Part shown: one piece after another, positions 1 through 10,129 of the stretch
How the letters are laid out: each line of letters opens with the position of its first letter
Numbering within the stretch: the stretch's first letter is position 1
NCBI GenBank assembly: GCA_963705385.1
Contig: OY970075.1
Location: 381,673 to 445,672, forward strand
DNA length: 64,000 nucleotides
Source: an uncultured Cytophagales bacterium
Lineage (GTDB): Bacteria > Bacteroidota > Bacteroidia > Cytophagales > Amoebophilaceae
Reading direction: 5' to 3'
The notes under the pieces: model-generated
What the model saw: only the letters and a program-made list of their open reading frames with translations
What the model was told of the DNA's origin: nothing
Database searches by the model: none
Made by a program: the position numbers and the translations under genes

Positions 1-150
1 CTCTCCACCCACCTCATAAAGCTCTTTAAAACGGTAATAGCTGTCTCTGCTGTAGCTCATGGTCTTACAAGCAGCCAGATATATTGCCCAGACTTTAGCC
101 AATTCAAGTAAACCGAGTTTAGGTTTGATGATTTTGTGATGCAGATTCAT
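1..150 (-). mobile_element. 5' part of an IS transposase gene (N-terminal helix-turn-helix region), cut by the window edge
   Basis: A reverse-strand ATG at 148-150 opens MNLHHKIIKPKLGLLELAKVW..CKTMSYSRDSYYRFKELYEVGGE. The LGLLELA...MxYSRDxxYRFKELYExGG pattern is the HTH N-terminus I associate with IS481/IS3-like DDE transposases. It is absent from the ORF track because it runs off the window. Confidence 0.45.
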
Positions 151-352
151 GATCTCTTTTCAATTAGTTCAACAACCTACTCTATTTTACTGATCGTAAG
201 ATTAAATCTCAACTACTACAATTTTTTTTTATGAACTCAACAAGTTTTCTCAGAGAGGATGTAAGACCAAAAGCGCTGCTAAAAGGTAAGCTCCTTTTTC
301 TTAACATCGGTCAAGGCCTATTCAAGGTTCCTATATGACCCCTACAACTTCT

Positions 353-706
353 TTAGGAAAAAGCGATATAATCGCCACTCAACTCTATTAGGAAAAACGG
401 CTTTTTATTTTCCTCCTCAATAAGCTCAGCTGCCCTCATCCAGCTCTTTACCATATCCTCATTGCTTACATTGCCTAAGGTTATTAGAATCAGCTTTTTA
501 GGAGTGCGACAAACAAAGTGGCTGTTTCTAAAGTCCTTATCCTTACTTAAAACAATGTAATCATGCTGGTCAGCATAATCACAAATTGCTTTGTCTCTGG
601 TATACCATTTTTCTAAAGTCTCGTTTACATGAACCACTTCATGAGCATGAGATTTCAAAAACTTCACCACTCTGTAAGAAATGTGTACGTCACAAAGCAA
701 TCTCAT
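353..706 (-). CDS. DUF5615-type PIN-like (Mut7-C-like) putative toxin
   Basis: 117 aa: MRLLCDVHISYRVVKFLKSHAHEVVHV...DYIVLSKDKDFRN. The size and the N-terminal MxxLxDxxxS plus T/SKDxDF motif are typical of DUF5615. It overlaps the upstream DUF433 ORF by 4 bp (ATGA). Confidence 0.7.
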   Translation of the reverse strand: MRLLCDVHISYRVVKFLKSHAHEVVHVNETLEKWYTRDKAICDYADQHDYIVLSKDKDFRNSHFVCRTPKKLILITLGNVSNEDMVKSWMRAAELIEEENKKPFFLIELSGDYIAFS

Positions 707-933
707 GAAACACGCGCTTGGAGCACTTGGCCTATTAGTGTAGACTTCGCAAAAGAGAGTGCAGCTATAACATCTTCTTGCTCTAATTCAGGGTGTTCGC
801 TAACGATGTCTTTGATGCTCATTCCCGCAGTAAGCATATCAAGGATAACTTCTACAGGCCATCTCATGTGACGGATGCATGGTTTGCCATGACATACATC
901 AGGATCAAGGGTTATTCTTTCTATCAGCTGCAT
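703..933 (-). CDS. DUF433-domain putative antitoxin
   Basis: 76 aa: ITLDPDVCHGKPCIRHMRWPVEVILDMLTAGMSIKDIVSEHPELEQEDVIAALSFA matches the DUF433 signature (dPxxxxGkPxIxGTRxxV...yPxLxxedIxaAL). It is translationally coupled to the downstream PIN-like ORF. Confidence 0.75.
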   Translation of the reverse strand: MQLIERITLDPDVCHGKPCIRHMRWPVEVILDMLTAGMSIKDIVSEHPELEQEDVIAALSFAKSTLIGQVLQARVS

Positions 934-1505
934 AGTTAGTTCAATTGTAAAGGCTTGCTCAGGGCTTGAGCCAACTCAAAAGGGGTTGTTATAAGCCAAG
1001 TGAAAGATAGATTCATCCTTGCTTTATTACAAATGCTCTATTTTTTCTAAGCTTACCCTTTGCTCATTTTACTAGGCTTCAAGGTCTTTATCATTTGACC
1101 AGTTTCATCCAATACCTCTCCCTGCCACCCTATAATATTGTGCATCTTGGATGAAAAGTTTACTCCTATCAAAGCAACTTGCTTGCCTTTTCTTATGTAG
1201 CCTTCATGATACTTTTTTTCCTTGATTTGCTCAACAGGACCTTTTAGGTTCGTGGTGTAGGATAAAACGAAGAATAATTAAAGAAAAACAACTGAAAAAG
1301 TAGTAATATAACGGGGGCAAAGGTGAACTAAAACTGGACCTAGGCAATAGACCTATCCGCGGGATCAGTCCTTCGCCCCTGTTTTTAGGCTAGCAGACTC
1401 GGATACAATGTATTATTATCTTTACTCAATATACCATAATTCTATGGGACTAAACACAGTAACCCAAATACCCGTTGAGTAAACTACCCTTTATCTACAC
1501 CTTAG

Positions 1506-2909
1506 TTAAACTTTGTGTATTGTAAGGTCTGTATCCAACTTGTCAAGCAGGGAATGTACGTACTGTACGTCTTTACTTTGTCTAACCCTGACTGCTAGGG
1601 AAGTACGAATTAAAAAGGTAAGTAGTTGCGTAGGGTTAAGGCCAATTTCAGCGGCTTGGTGAAAGAGGAAAGAAGAAGGATTCATGCCCGCTGTAGTATT
1701 AGGATCGTTGAGGTAAATTTGATAGTTAGGGGTGATAAAACCATCGATACGGGCATATACTTGAAAATTGAGGGTTTGAAAAAGCTGTACACAAGCTTGC
1801 CGAATGGCCTGCACTTGCGTAGGCGGAAGCTGGATAGGGGTTTCCTTACGCACAATGCCAGGTAGGTATTTGGCTCTGTAGTCAAAGTGGCTATTGCCTT
1901 TGATCATCTCTGTGGGAGGTAAAGCAAGGGGCTTGCCTGGCTCCTCCTCTAAGACAATGCAAGAGAATTCTCTGCCGTCTACGTAAGCCTCTAACAAAAC
2001 AGCCTCCTCCCCCTGAAGGCTGGTGAGCTGAAGGGAGTCGCTGCTGGCAGCAAAGTGATCGTTTAAGTATTGAAGTAGGGTGTCTGGGTGATAGATAACC
2101 TGTCCATTGACTGCTACAGGCAAGCCAATCCCTTCGCAGAGGTCAATTAAAGAGGAAAGCCATCGTTGTTTGGCCTCTGGTGATAAGCGCTGCCACACAG
2201 CAGTAGTTACTTCCTGGACAAATAAACTACAGTTGACTGCTTCTGTAAACTGCTTAACATCCTTTTCCTTGATAATGGATATTCCAATAGAGGAGCCTTG
2301 GCAAGGGCTCTTGACCACCAATGGAAAGCCTATTGCTTGGATCGCTTCCTTAAACAAAGCCGCCTTGTTTACTGTGGCTTGCCAAGCGCTTTTGGATAAG
2401 ACTTGGTAGGACGGAACAGCAAAACCTGCTTGTTGCATCCATTTTTTCTGAACTATTTTGTCGATACCTAATGCAGCTCCGAAGACGCCTGTGCCAGAGT
2501 AAGGGATATGAAACCACTCAAGGAGGCCCTGTAAGGTGCCGTCCTCGCCGTAAGGGCCGTGTAAGGCCAGAAAGGCAAAGTCAAACAGCGACGCAAACTG
2601 GTCTGGAGTCACGCGTTGCCCAACACGGCTAATGAGGCGTGCCAGCTGCGCTTCATCCAGGAGCCCCAGGGACTCTATATAAATTTGAAACTTACTCTTA
2701 GGCACCAAGTCATTAGGCGGATAAAAGTCACGGATAGATCCTTTGTAGATATTTTGCCAATTGAGTAAGATAAAATTACCCAGGCTATCTACAAAAATGG
2801 GTACTGGTTCAAAAAGAGCTTTGTCTAGGTTATCATATACTGTACGGCCCCCTGCAAAAGAGATCTCTCGTTCCCTTGAGGGACCCCCAAAGAAAATGCC
2901 TATTTTCAT
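1506..2909 (-). CDS. ddl: D-alanine--D-alanine ligase family ATP-grasp enzyme, long form (467 aa)
   Basis: The N-terminus MKIGIFFGGPSREREISFAGGRTV and LALHGPYGEDGTLQGLLE are classic Ddl motifs. The ATP-grasp core is present (FPLVVKSPCQGSSIGISI ... ARIDGF). The protein is about 140 aa longer than typical Ddl. Confidence 0.75.
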   Translation of the reverse strand: MKIGIFFGGPSREREISFAGGRTVYDNLDKALFEPVPIFVDSLGNFILLNWQNIYKGSIRDFYPPNDLVPKSKFQIYIESLGLLDEAQLARLISRVGQRVTPDQFASLFDFAFLALHGPYGEDGTLQGLLEWFHIPYSGTGVFGAALGIDKIVQKKWMQQAGFAVPSYQVLSKSAWQATVNKAALFKEAIQAIGFPLVVKSPCQGSSIGISIIKEKDVKQFTEAVNCSLFVQEVTTAVWQRLSPEAKQRWLSSLIDLCEGIGLPVAVNGQVIYHPDTLLQYLNDHFAASSDSLQLTSLQGEEAVLLEAYVDGREFSCIVLEEEPGKPLALPPTEMIKGNSHFDYRAKYLPGIVRKETPIQLPPTQVQAIRQACVQLFQTLNFQVYARIDGFITPNYQIYLNDPNTTAGMNPSSFLFHQAAEIGLNPTQLLTFLIRTSLAVRVRQSKDVQYVHSLLDKLDTDLTIHKV

Positions 2910-3016
2910 ATGCTGCTCTGCTTAATTATGGATGGTAATACTCAAAACTAATCCCAGCGTAGCAAGGGCTAGGCTTTTGTTCAGCAAGTGAATGGACACT
3001 GTTTTTTGCATGAAGC

Positions 3017-4039
3017 TCATTGCCTTTTTGAGGTTTGCGCTTTATCATGAAGCCTGCTAATCAAATCAGCAATACGGTGTGCATAACCTGCCTCATTGTC
3101 ATACCAGCCTATCACTTTAGCTAGTCTTTCGTTGACTGCTGTAAGTTGTGCGTCAAAAATACAAGAATGTGGGTTGCCAATCACATCTACCGAGACAATA
3201 GGGTCTTCTGTATAAGCTAAGATGCCTTTGAGTGCTCCTGTAGAAGCCCCTTTCACTGCTGTATTGATTTCTTCTTTAGTTGTTTGTCGTTTGAGCAGTA
3301 CAGTAAGGTCAGTCACAGACCCAACTGGAACAGGCACACGCATAGCAATGCCTTCTAGCTTGCCTCGCAGGTGCGGTAGCACCAGGCCTACTGCCTTGGC
3401 TGCACCCGTAGAGGTAGGAATAATTGACTGGGCTGCTGCACGAGCTCTGCGTAAGTCTTTGTGGGGCGCGTCTTGCAGCTGCTGATCAGCTGTATAAGCA
3501 TGAATAGTGTTGATATAGCCTTGCTCAATGCCAAAGTGGTCGTCTAAGACCTTAGCCATGAGTGCCAGACAGTTGGTGGTGCAAGAAGCATTGGAAATGA
3601 TGGGCTCATTGCCTTGTAAGGTATGATCGTTGACCCCTAGCACAATCGTGGGGATGTCTCCTTGCGCAGGGGCAGAGATAATTACCTGCTGTGCTCCGGC
3701 CATCAGGTGTTTGCTAGCCCCTTGTTGGTCTGTAAACTTGCCTGTAGCCTCTAGCACTGTGGTCACCCCTAGGGCTTTCCAGGGCAACTGTTCAGGATGA
3801 GGCTCAGCATAGACCTGAATTTCTTTGCCTGCTATAATGATATGCTTGGCGTCGCAAAAAACTCCTTGTGAAAAAGGTCCATAGTTAGAATCATACTTGA
3901 ACAAATGAGCTAGGGTGGGAGCGTCTGCCAGGTCGTTGATGGCTACTACTTCTATGTGTTCCTTTTGTAGCAGCGCCTTTAGACTTAGTCGGCCAATTCT
4001 TCCAAAGCCATTGATGGCTACTTTAGTTTTAATCATCAA
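3017..4039 (-). CDS. gap: glyceraldehyde-3-phosphate dehydrogenase
   Basis: AINGFGRIGR NAD-binding motif and SNASCTTNCL active-site motif. Length is 340 aa. Confidence 0.95.
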   Translation of the reverse strand: MMIKTKVAINGFGRIGRLSLKALLQKEHIEVVAINDLADAPTLAHLFKYDSNYGPFSQGVFCDAKHIIIAGKEIQVYAEPHPEQLPWKALGVTTVLEATGKFTDQQGASKHLMAGAQQVIISAPAQGDIPTIVLGVNDHTLQGNEPIISNASCTTNCLALMAKVLDDHFGIEQGYINTIHAYTADQQLQDAPHKDLRRARAAAQSIIPTSTGAAKAVGLVLPHLRGKLEGIAMRVPVPVGSVTDLTVLLKRQTTKEEINTAVKGASTGALKGILAYTEDPIVSVDVIGNPHSCIFDAQLTAVNERLAKVIGWYDNEAGYAHRIADLISRLHDKAQTSKRQ

Positions 4040-4545
4040 GAAAAAATTGTCAATAAATTTTGTAGAAATCTATTCTGATTATTGTTAGTGCGTTTCAGGG
4101 TGGGTATGAGCCTATCTAAAAGAGCATGGTCAGCATCATTGAGGGTTTTCTCTCTATAGATCAGATAAAAATTCTGCAAAGTCAGACACCTTATCCAGCT
4201 GCTTCCCACAGCTATTAAGCCTTAGTCCTACAAAGGTGTACAAAAAAATATTCCCCTTTTTTCATCTTACATAACGGTCTGGATGGTTGGAATTTTTAAA
4301 AGATGGATTTACTGCTTCACTAATAAACTTTTGTGTTTTTTTATTAAAAAATGTAACCTCAAAATACCTTTATGGGACAACTTTTACTTAGTAAAGCCGC
4401 TCACAAATCTTTGCTTTTTTATCGGGTTCTTTGTTAAAGTTTAGCTGCTAAATGCTCCTAGGTGGCTATGGTGACAAAAATATTAAAATATGGAATTATA
4501 GTTGGCAAAAAAATAGCGGACAGCTATATTTGCAGTGCTTGTTTT

Positions 4546-4617
4546 GGCCCGTTCGTCTAGGGGTTAGGACGTCAGGTTTTCATCCTGGAAACAGGGGTTC
4601 GATTCCCCTACGGGCTA
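4546..4617 (+). tRNA. tRNA-Glu (anticodon UUC)
   Basis: Hand-folded cloverleaf GGCCCGT...ACGGGCT+A with anticodon loop TTTTCAT and T-arm GGGGTTCGATTCCCC. It is very similar to canonical bacterial tRNA-Glu. Confidence 0.9.
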
Positions 4618-4721
4618 CTTCCCCATGCTTTTGGTTAGTTCAATGCTTGCTTGGTAGCGAGCTCCTCCATTGTTTCAAATGCCAGGTCTAAGCTGTCACT
4701 TCGCTCTTCTGATTCCATAAC

Positions 4722-5768
4722 ATGTTAGATTTTCTTATTATTGGGCAAGGTATTGCTGGTTCTGTATTGGCTTTGCAGCTGCTGAAAAGTGGTCAGCGCA
4801 TTGTAGTCATCAACAATAGGCAGACTAACCAAGCTTCTAGTGCAGCAGCAGGCATCTATAATCCAATTACAGGCAAGAACATGGTCAAAACCTGGTTGGC
4901 AGATGTGCTGTTTCCTTATCTTATCAGCTTTTATAAAGCAGCAGAGCAGACCCTATCAGCACAATTTCTGCATGAGAAGCCCATGTTTCGGCCTTTTTTG
5001 ACGGCACAAGAGCGAACTGTATGGCTAACCAGGGCCTTAGCAGTAGACTATAACACCTTTGTAGAAGCAGTGGTTGACACAGACTATCACCAAAAAAATA
5101 TGGTGGTGCACCATGGCGGACTTTTGCTGAAACAAACCGGTTATCTAGACGTCTCCTGCTTTTTAGAGGCAACGCGTGCTTACTTAGAAGTCCAAGGGGC
5201 ATACCTAGAAGCTGACTTTGTACACGACCAGGTAAGGCTTCACAGCGATGTACATTATCAACACCTCAAAGCCCACAAGCTTATCTTTTGTGAAGGGCCT
5301 CAAGCCCAGCAAAACCCCTTTTTCAAAGGCTTGTCCTTGCGACCAGTCAAGGGAGAACGGCTTTCTGTAGCACTTCAGCAGCCTTTGGAGGTAATCTACA
5401 ACAGAAGTGTTTTTGTATTACCCCAAGTAGCCAATGAGGCTATTGTAGGAGCTACCTATGATTGGCGTGATTTGTCCTTAGCGCCTACAGCAAGGGCTAG
5501 GCAGAGCTTGGAAAAGAAACTGCGCAGTAGGTTTCAGCTTAGTTATACAGTGCTAGGCCAAAAGGCTGGTATTCGACCTGCTACTTTTGATAGAAAGCCC
5601 TTCATTGGTCTACACCCGGAGCACCCGCAGGTGGGTATCTTTAATGGTTTAGGTACCAAAGGCGTTTCGCTTGCGCCTTATTGGGCTCAAGTGTTTGTAG
5701 AGCACTTATTGTGGCAAAGGGAACTGCCCTGGGAAGTTCAGTTAAATAGAATTCGACTTGCCCCCTAG
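4722..5768 (+). CDS. FAD-dependent oxidoreductase (DAO family)
   Basis: N-terminal Rossmann motif DFLIIGQGIAGSVLALQL. Length is 348 aa. The substrate cannot be inferred. Confidence 0.75.
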   Translation: MLDFLIIGQGIAGSVLALQLLKSGQRIVVINNRQTNQASSAAAGIYNPITGKNMVKTWLADVLFPYLISFYKAAEQTLSAQFLHEKPMFRPFLTAQERTVWLTRALAVDYNTFVEAVVDTDYHQKNMVVHHGGLLLKQTGYLDVSCFLEATRAYLEVQGAYLEADFVHDQVRLHSDVHYQHLKAHKLIFCEGPQAQQNPFFKGLSLRPVKGERLSVALQQPLEVIYNRSVFVLPQVANEAIVGATYDWRDLSLAPTARARQSLEKKLRSRFQLSYTVLGQKAGIRPATFDRKPFIGLHPEHPQVGIFNGLGTKGVSLAPYWAQVFVEHLLWQRELPWEVQLNRIRLAP

Positions 5769-5864
5769 CACCTAGGGCACTATTGTTAGCGCTGATTCTT
5801 GCGCAGGTTAAAACCTCTCAATGGAGGGAGTTAGCAATTCAAACTCACTGATAACTTTTATGAT

Positions 5865-6749
5865 ATGTTAAAGTCCATGACAGGCTACGGCAAAGCTGAT
5901 TATGAAGACGGATGGATGCGCGTAAGTGCAGAAGTCAAATCCATTAATGCTAAACATGCAGACGTGAGCCTGCACTTGCCCAAAGTATTTGTAGCACAGG
6001 AGATCGCATGGAGAAATTTAGCCATTGCGCAACTTGAGCGTGGAAAAATAACCCTTGCAGTAAGCTACGCGCTTAAAGATACAACGCTCCCTAGTATACA
6101 AATCAACCAAGCCCTTTTCACAAACTACTATAGCATGCTGCAAGCGTTGGCACAAGAAGTAGGTGCTCCTCTTCACGGGCTTTTTCAGGTGGCTTTGCAA
6201 TTTCCTGGAGTGACTGCTAGCGTTGAGCATGAGAATGACACTGCACCAGAAGAAGACGAAAAGCTTGTTGAAAAAGTCATCCAGGAAGCCCTACAGCAGT
6301 GCGACCAAAGCAGAAAAATTGAGGGAGAGGCTTTGACTACACAACTAAAAGCTTGTCTACAGGCTATCAAAGAGAGTTTGGAAGCTATCCAAAAACTAGA
6401 TCCTGAGCGGGTTAAAGCTATAAGAGAAAAGCTGCATGCTGGTGTTACTACCCTGGCTACATCCTATAGTATTGATGAGAACCGGCTGGAGCAAGAGTTA
6501 CTTTATTACGTAGAGCGGCTGGACGTTACTGAAGAAAAAGTACGCCTAGCCAGACATCTCACTTATTTTGAAGAGGTCATGGAGAACTGCCAGGCAAAGG
6601 GCAAGAAGCTAGGATTTATTGCCCAAGAAATAGGAAGAGAGATCAATACTTTAGGTGCCAAAGCTAATGATGCGGCTATCCAAAGAGAAGTCATTCTCAT
6701 GAAAGAAGAGGTGGAAAAAATCAAAGAGCAGTTGCAAAATATTTTGTAG
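5865..6749 (+). CDS. yicC: YicC-family stress-induced protein
   Basis: MLKSMTGYGKA start, and a C-terminal GFIAQEIGREINTLGAKAND motif typical of the YicC/DUF1732 family. Confidence 0.85.
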   Translation: MLKSMTGYGKADYEDGWMRVSAEVKSINAKHADVSLHLPKVFVAQEIAWRNLAIAQLERGKITLAVSYALKDTTLPSIQINQALFTNYYSMLQALAQEVGAPLHGLFQVALQFPGVTASVEHENDTAPEEDEKLVEKVIQEALQQCDQSRKIEGEALTTQLKACLQAIKESLEAIQKLDPERVKAIREKLHAGVTTLATSYSIDENRLEQELLYYVERLDVTEEKVRLARHLTYFEEVMENCQAKGKKLGFIAQEIGREINTLGAKANDAAIQREVILMKEEVEKIKEQLQNIL

Positions 6750-7053
6750 TACTTTTTGATCAATCCTTTTAAGAAGTATGGGGACGCATTGGTAGGCATG
6801 TGGTGGTTGGCTGTACTTTCTACTATATTTGATGCCCATTAAACTGATTCAGTGTGTCTATACAACTAGTCCAACAAGTATTGTATAATGTATTATTCGC
6901 CCTAGCTTTTGGAAGTCGTGCTGCTGCCAACAACACAGAGTTCAACCGTGACCTCTTAGAAAGTACCCCACAAGATTGCACTTATTTTATCCAACTACCC
7001 CAGCCAGGTGCTTAAGGGGTTAAAGCATATGACGCTTACACAAATCTGATGTT

Positions 7054-7698
7054 ATGGGATGCGCTTACAGCACTATTCAAGCTTATGCTGAGGATTATAC
7101 TGGAGCAGAACCTCCGCTGTTGGCGCAAATCCATCGCGACACCTATGCCAAGGTCCCTATGCCTAAGATGCTTTCTGGGTACCTGCAAGGGCGTGTGTTG
7201 GCAACTTTTGCACACATGATCCGGCCTACTAGAATCCTGGAGATTGGCACTTATACAGGATATTCTGCTATATGCTTGGCTGAGGGCCTGCAGGAGGGAG
7301 GTATGCTCCATACTATTGATAAAAATGCAGCGTTAGCAGCAACCGTCAGGAGCTACTTTGAACAAGCTGGCATTGCACACCAAGTAAAGTACCACATTGG
7401 GCAAGCAGCTGACGTCATCCCTCAGCTGGAAGAAGTGTTTGATCTTGTTTTTATTGATGCAGATAAGAAAAATTATACGCATTACTATGATCTAGTCTTT
7501 GACCATGTCAGACCAGGCGGTTTTATCATAGCCGATAATGTCCTTTGGGGAGGTAAAGTGTTGACAGCAACTGGCCAACCTACAGACAAAAAAACCCAGG
7601 CAATTATAGATTTTAATACCCGAGTACATCGTGACCCTCGCGTAGAAAATGTGCTATTCCCCATCAGAGATGGACTCATGGTTTTGAGAAAAAGATGA
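7054..7698 (+). CDS. class I SAM-dependent O-methyltransferase (family 3, caffeoyl-CoA OMT-like)
   Basis: ILEIGTYTGYSAICLA SAM-binding motif and FDLVFIDADKKNY motif. Length is 214 aa. Confidence 0.85.
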   Translation: MGCAYSTIQAYAEDYTGAEPPLLAQIHRDTYAKVPMPKMLSGYLQGRVLATFAHMIRPTRILEIGTYTGYSAICLAEGLQEGGMLHTIDKNAALAATVRSYFEQAGIAHQVKYHIGQAADVIPQLEEVFDLVFIDADKKNYTHYYDLVFDHVRPGGFIIADNVLWGGKVLTATGQPTDKKTQAIIDFNTRVHRDPRVENVLFPIRDGLMVLRKR

Positions 7699-9008
7699 AA
7701 CTCCACTTACTGCTTTGCTTTCTTGTTTTTGGTGCACAGGCCTACGGAGCTACCCCTTGCGTACCCTCTAGAATCAGGTTTGCAGATATGCAATTGAAGA
7801 TCAGTAAAGGTGCCAAAGAGCGTATCCAAGAAAAAGTGGATAGCCTTACTCAAAGCGATCGACACTTCCAAGAACTAGTAAATCGTTTTAACCTGTTTCT
7901 GCCTATCATAGAAAGAATACTCAAAGAAGAAAATGTACCAGAAGCTTTTAAGTATATAGTTCTCCAAGAAAGTTCGCTGGTAGCAGACCTCGTTTCTACC
8001 TCTAATGCCGTAGGATTTTGGCAGTTTAAAGAGCCTGCATCACGAGAAGTAGGATTAAAGATAGATCAGTATGTAGACGAAAGGATGCACATTGGTGCAG
8101 CAACCAGAGGCGCAGCCAAGTACCTCAAGCGGAACAATGAACAATTCCATAATTGGTTGTATGCCTTACTAGCTTACCATGAAGGGAGAGGAGGGGCTAA
8201 AAAGTTTACCAAGGCCGAATATATAGGGGCTAAGTCTATGCCTATAGAGCCTGATGCTCACCTGTATATCATTCACTTTTTGGCTTTTAAAACAGCTTTT
8301 GAGCAAATAATTGGCAAAGGACCCCATCCAGTGCTTCATTTGTACGAATATAAAGAGGCGCATGGCAAAAGTTTGCGTGAGCTTGCCCAAGAGTTCGGAG
8401 TAGATAAAGCACAACTCAAGGCTTACAACAAATGGCTCAAGCGTTCAAGGGTCCCTCATGATGCAGATCATGCAACCATCATTCCACTAACCCATCAACA
8501 GTACGCTCAGTACAACAAGGCAAGTTTAGAAGCTGGGGTAGCAAAGCATAAACTAAACTATGCCCACTATTGGGAACGAGCAGCAGCATTTCCTTTCATT
8601 ACCACCTGCGGCGATAAAAAAAGTGGCCAGGAAGTAACAGAGATCAATGGCATAGTAGGGATTAAAGCGCAGCAGAGAGATACGCTTGAGTCGCTTGCCA
8701 AGGTAGGTAACATTGCTGTGGCACAATTTCTAGCGTTCAATGATATTGATAAAGACCACACAGTTATTCCTGATCAAGTGTATTATTATGCTTCCAAACG
8801 AAGTAAGGCAGAAGTTCACTTTCACATTGCCCGAGAAGAAGAGAGTTGGTGGAGCGTAGCACAAAAGTACGGTATCAAAAAAAGATCATTACTGTCTAAG
8901 AACCGGTTGCGTAAGGAAGTAGCACTTAAGCCTGGAAGAGTACTGTGGCTTCGGTTTATTAGACCATCCAGCATTCCTGTTGCTTATGAGTTGCCTTTAG
9001 ATGAATGA
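7695..9008 (+). CDS. lytic transglycosylase with LysM repeats (MltD-like), signal peptide
   Basis: N-terminal hydrophobic signal. The SLT-type motif is VLQESSL...SNAVGFWQFKEPASREVGL. There are two or three LysM-like segments in the C-terminal half. The start overlaps the upstream stop (ATGA). Confidence 0.8.
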   Translation: MKLHLLLCFLVFGAQAYGATPCVPSRIRFADMQLKISKGAKERIQEKVDSLTQSDRHFQELVNRFNLFLPIIERILKEENVPEAFKYIVLQESSLVADLVSTSNAVGFWQFKEPASREVGLKIDQYVDERMHIGAATRGAAKYLKRNNEQFHNWLYALLAYHEGRGGAKKFTKAEYIGAKSMPIEPDAHLYIIHFLAFKTAFEQIIGKGPHPVLHLYEYKEAHGKSLRELAQEFGVDKAQLKAYNKWLKRSRVPHDADHATIIPLTHQQYAQYNKASLEAGVAKHKLNYAHYWERAAAFPFITTCGDKKSGQEVTEINGIVGIKAQQRDTLESLAKVGNIAVAQFLAFNDIDKDHTVIPDQVYYYASKRSKAEVHFHIAREEESWWSVAQKYGIKKRSLLSKNRLRKEVALKPGRVLWLRFIRPSSIPVAYELPLDE

Positions 9009-9174
9009 TAGGAAAGGCTCAAGTGTCCTAGGGATAACCTTAGGCAAGGAGCAACGAGTATTTATAATTTTGCTGCAAAATAGCCTTAGGATTTTAGACA
9101 TATTGGGCTTCAGTGCGCCATTGTAGTAGGAGTAGGCCATTGCGTATAAGCTTTTTTCAGCGAATTTATCGGCT

Positions 9175-10008
9175 TTAGCCTGCCACAGAAACCCTTTGAA
9201 AAGCAGATACGGTTAAGCCTGGGGTGATACTTTGCAGGTATTGAGCAATGGTTAGCTTATTGTCTTTTACAAAATTTTGGTTGAGGAGAGTATTTTCTTG
9301 GAAAAACTTGTTAAGGCGGCCTTGCGCAACCTTGTCGATCATGGCTTCAGGTTTTCCTTCATTGCGGGCTTGTTCCCGGGCAATAGCTAGCTCTTTCTCT
9401 ATGATAGTAACCTCTATGTCATCTTTGTCAACGGCTAAGGGGTTCATCGCAGCAATCTGCATAGCTACAGCTCTACCCGTTTCAATTGCTTGTGCACTAC
9501 GACCACCTTTTAGCCCTACCAGTACCCCTAACTTGCTACCTAGATGGATGTAGGGGACCACAGTCTCACTGCTCAGGGTCTTATAAGCACTGATGACTAC
9601 TTTTTCTCCAACCCTACTTGCCAGTTCTGTAATTTTCTCTTCTATAGTACCTCTACCCTCGACCGTAAGTTGTAAGAGCTCTTCAGTAGTGGCAGGTTGC
9701 TGAACGAAAGCTGCCTCTAAGATGCTTTGGCCTAGTTGCTGGAAATCTTTGTTTTTAGCTACAAAATCTGTCTCGCAGCTGAGCGCAATGATGGCACCAT
9801 AGTTGTGCTCGAGGTTCGTTTTAGTAAACACCATGCCTTCAGTAGTAGCTCTGTCAGCGCGTATAGCAGATACTTTCTGTCCTTTTTTTCTCAGTATTTC
9901 GATGGCTTTTTCGAAATCACCTTCTGCCTCTTCCAGGGATTTTTTACAATCCATCACACCAGCGCCTGTCTGGTCTCTTAATTGCTTAACATCTTGTGCA
10001 GTAATCAT
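9175..10008 (-). CDS. tsf: translation elongation factor Ts
   Basis: MITAQDVKQLRDQTGAGVMDCKKSLEEAEGDFEKAIEILRKKG is the canonical EF-Ts N-terminus. Length is 277 aa. Confidence 0.95.
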   Translation of the reverse strand: MITAQDVKQLRDQTGAGVMDCKKSLEEAEGDFEKAIEILRKKGQKVSAIRADRATTEGMVFTKTNLEHNYGAIIALSCETDFVAKNKDFQQLGQSILEAAFVQQPATTEELLQLTVEGRGTIEEKITELASRVGEKVVISAYKTLSSETVVPYIHLGSKLGVLVGLKGGRSAQAIETGRAVAMQIAAMNPLAVDKDDIEVTIIEKELAIAREQARNEGKPEAMIDKVAQGRLNKFFQENTLLNQNFVKDNKLTIAQYLQSITPGLTVSAFQRVSVAG

Positions 10009-10129
10009 TGGAAGCTATTGGGTTATAAAGTTGCTTACTCTAAGTAAGGACAAAGAGAAAAGGTTAGGGTTGGGAAATTATAATTTAAACGAACAGTTGG
10101 CCTAAAATACGGTACTCACATTTCACAAT

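Noticed and set aside
4452-4691. 79-aa ORF overlapping tRNA-Glu, and the 84-aa ORF at 58073-58327 overlapping the CAU tRNA
   Set aside because: Both are explained by the tRNA genes and show no protein-like features.
9248-10105. Numerous 60-135 aa ORFs antisense to or out of frame with housekeeping genes. Examples are 9248-9553, 9736-9981, 10439-10690, 46444-46755, 49429-49770, 50020-50352, 50413-50820 and 60794-61264.
   Set aside because: They are nested inside strongly supported conserved genes and have low-complexity or odd composition. They are typical shadow ORFs.
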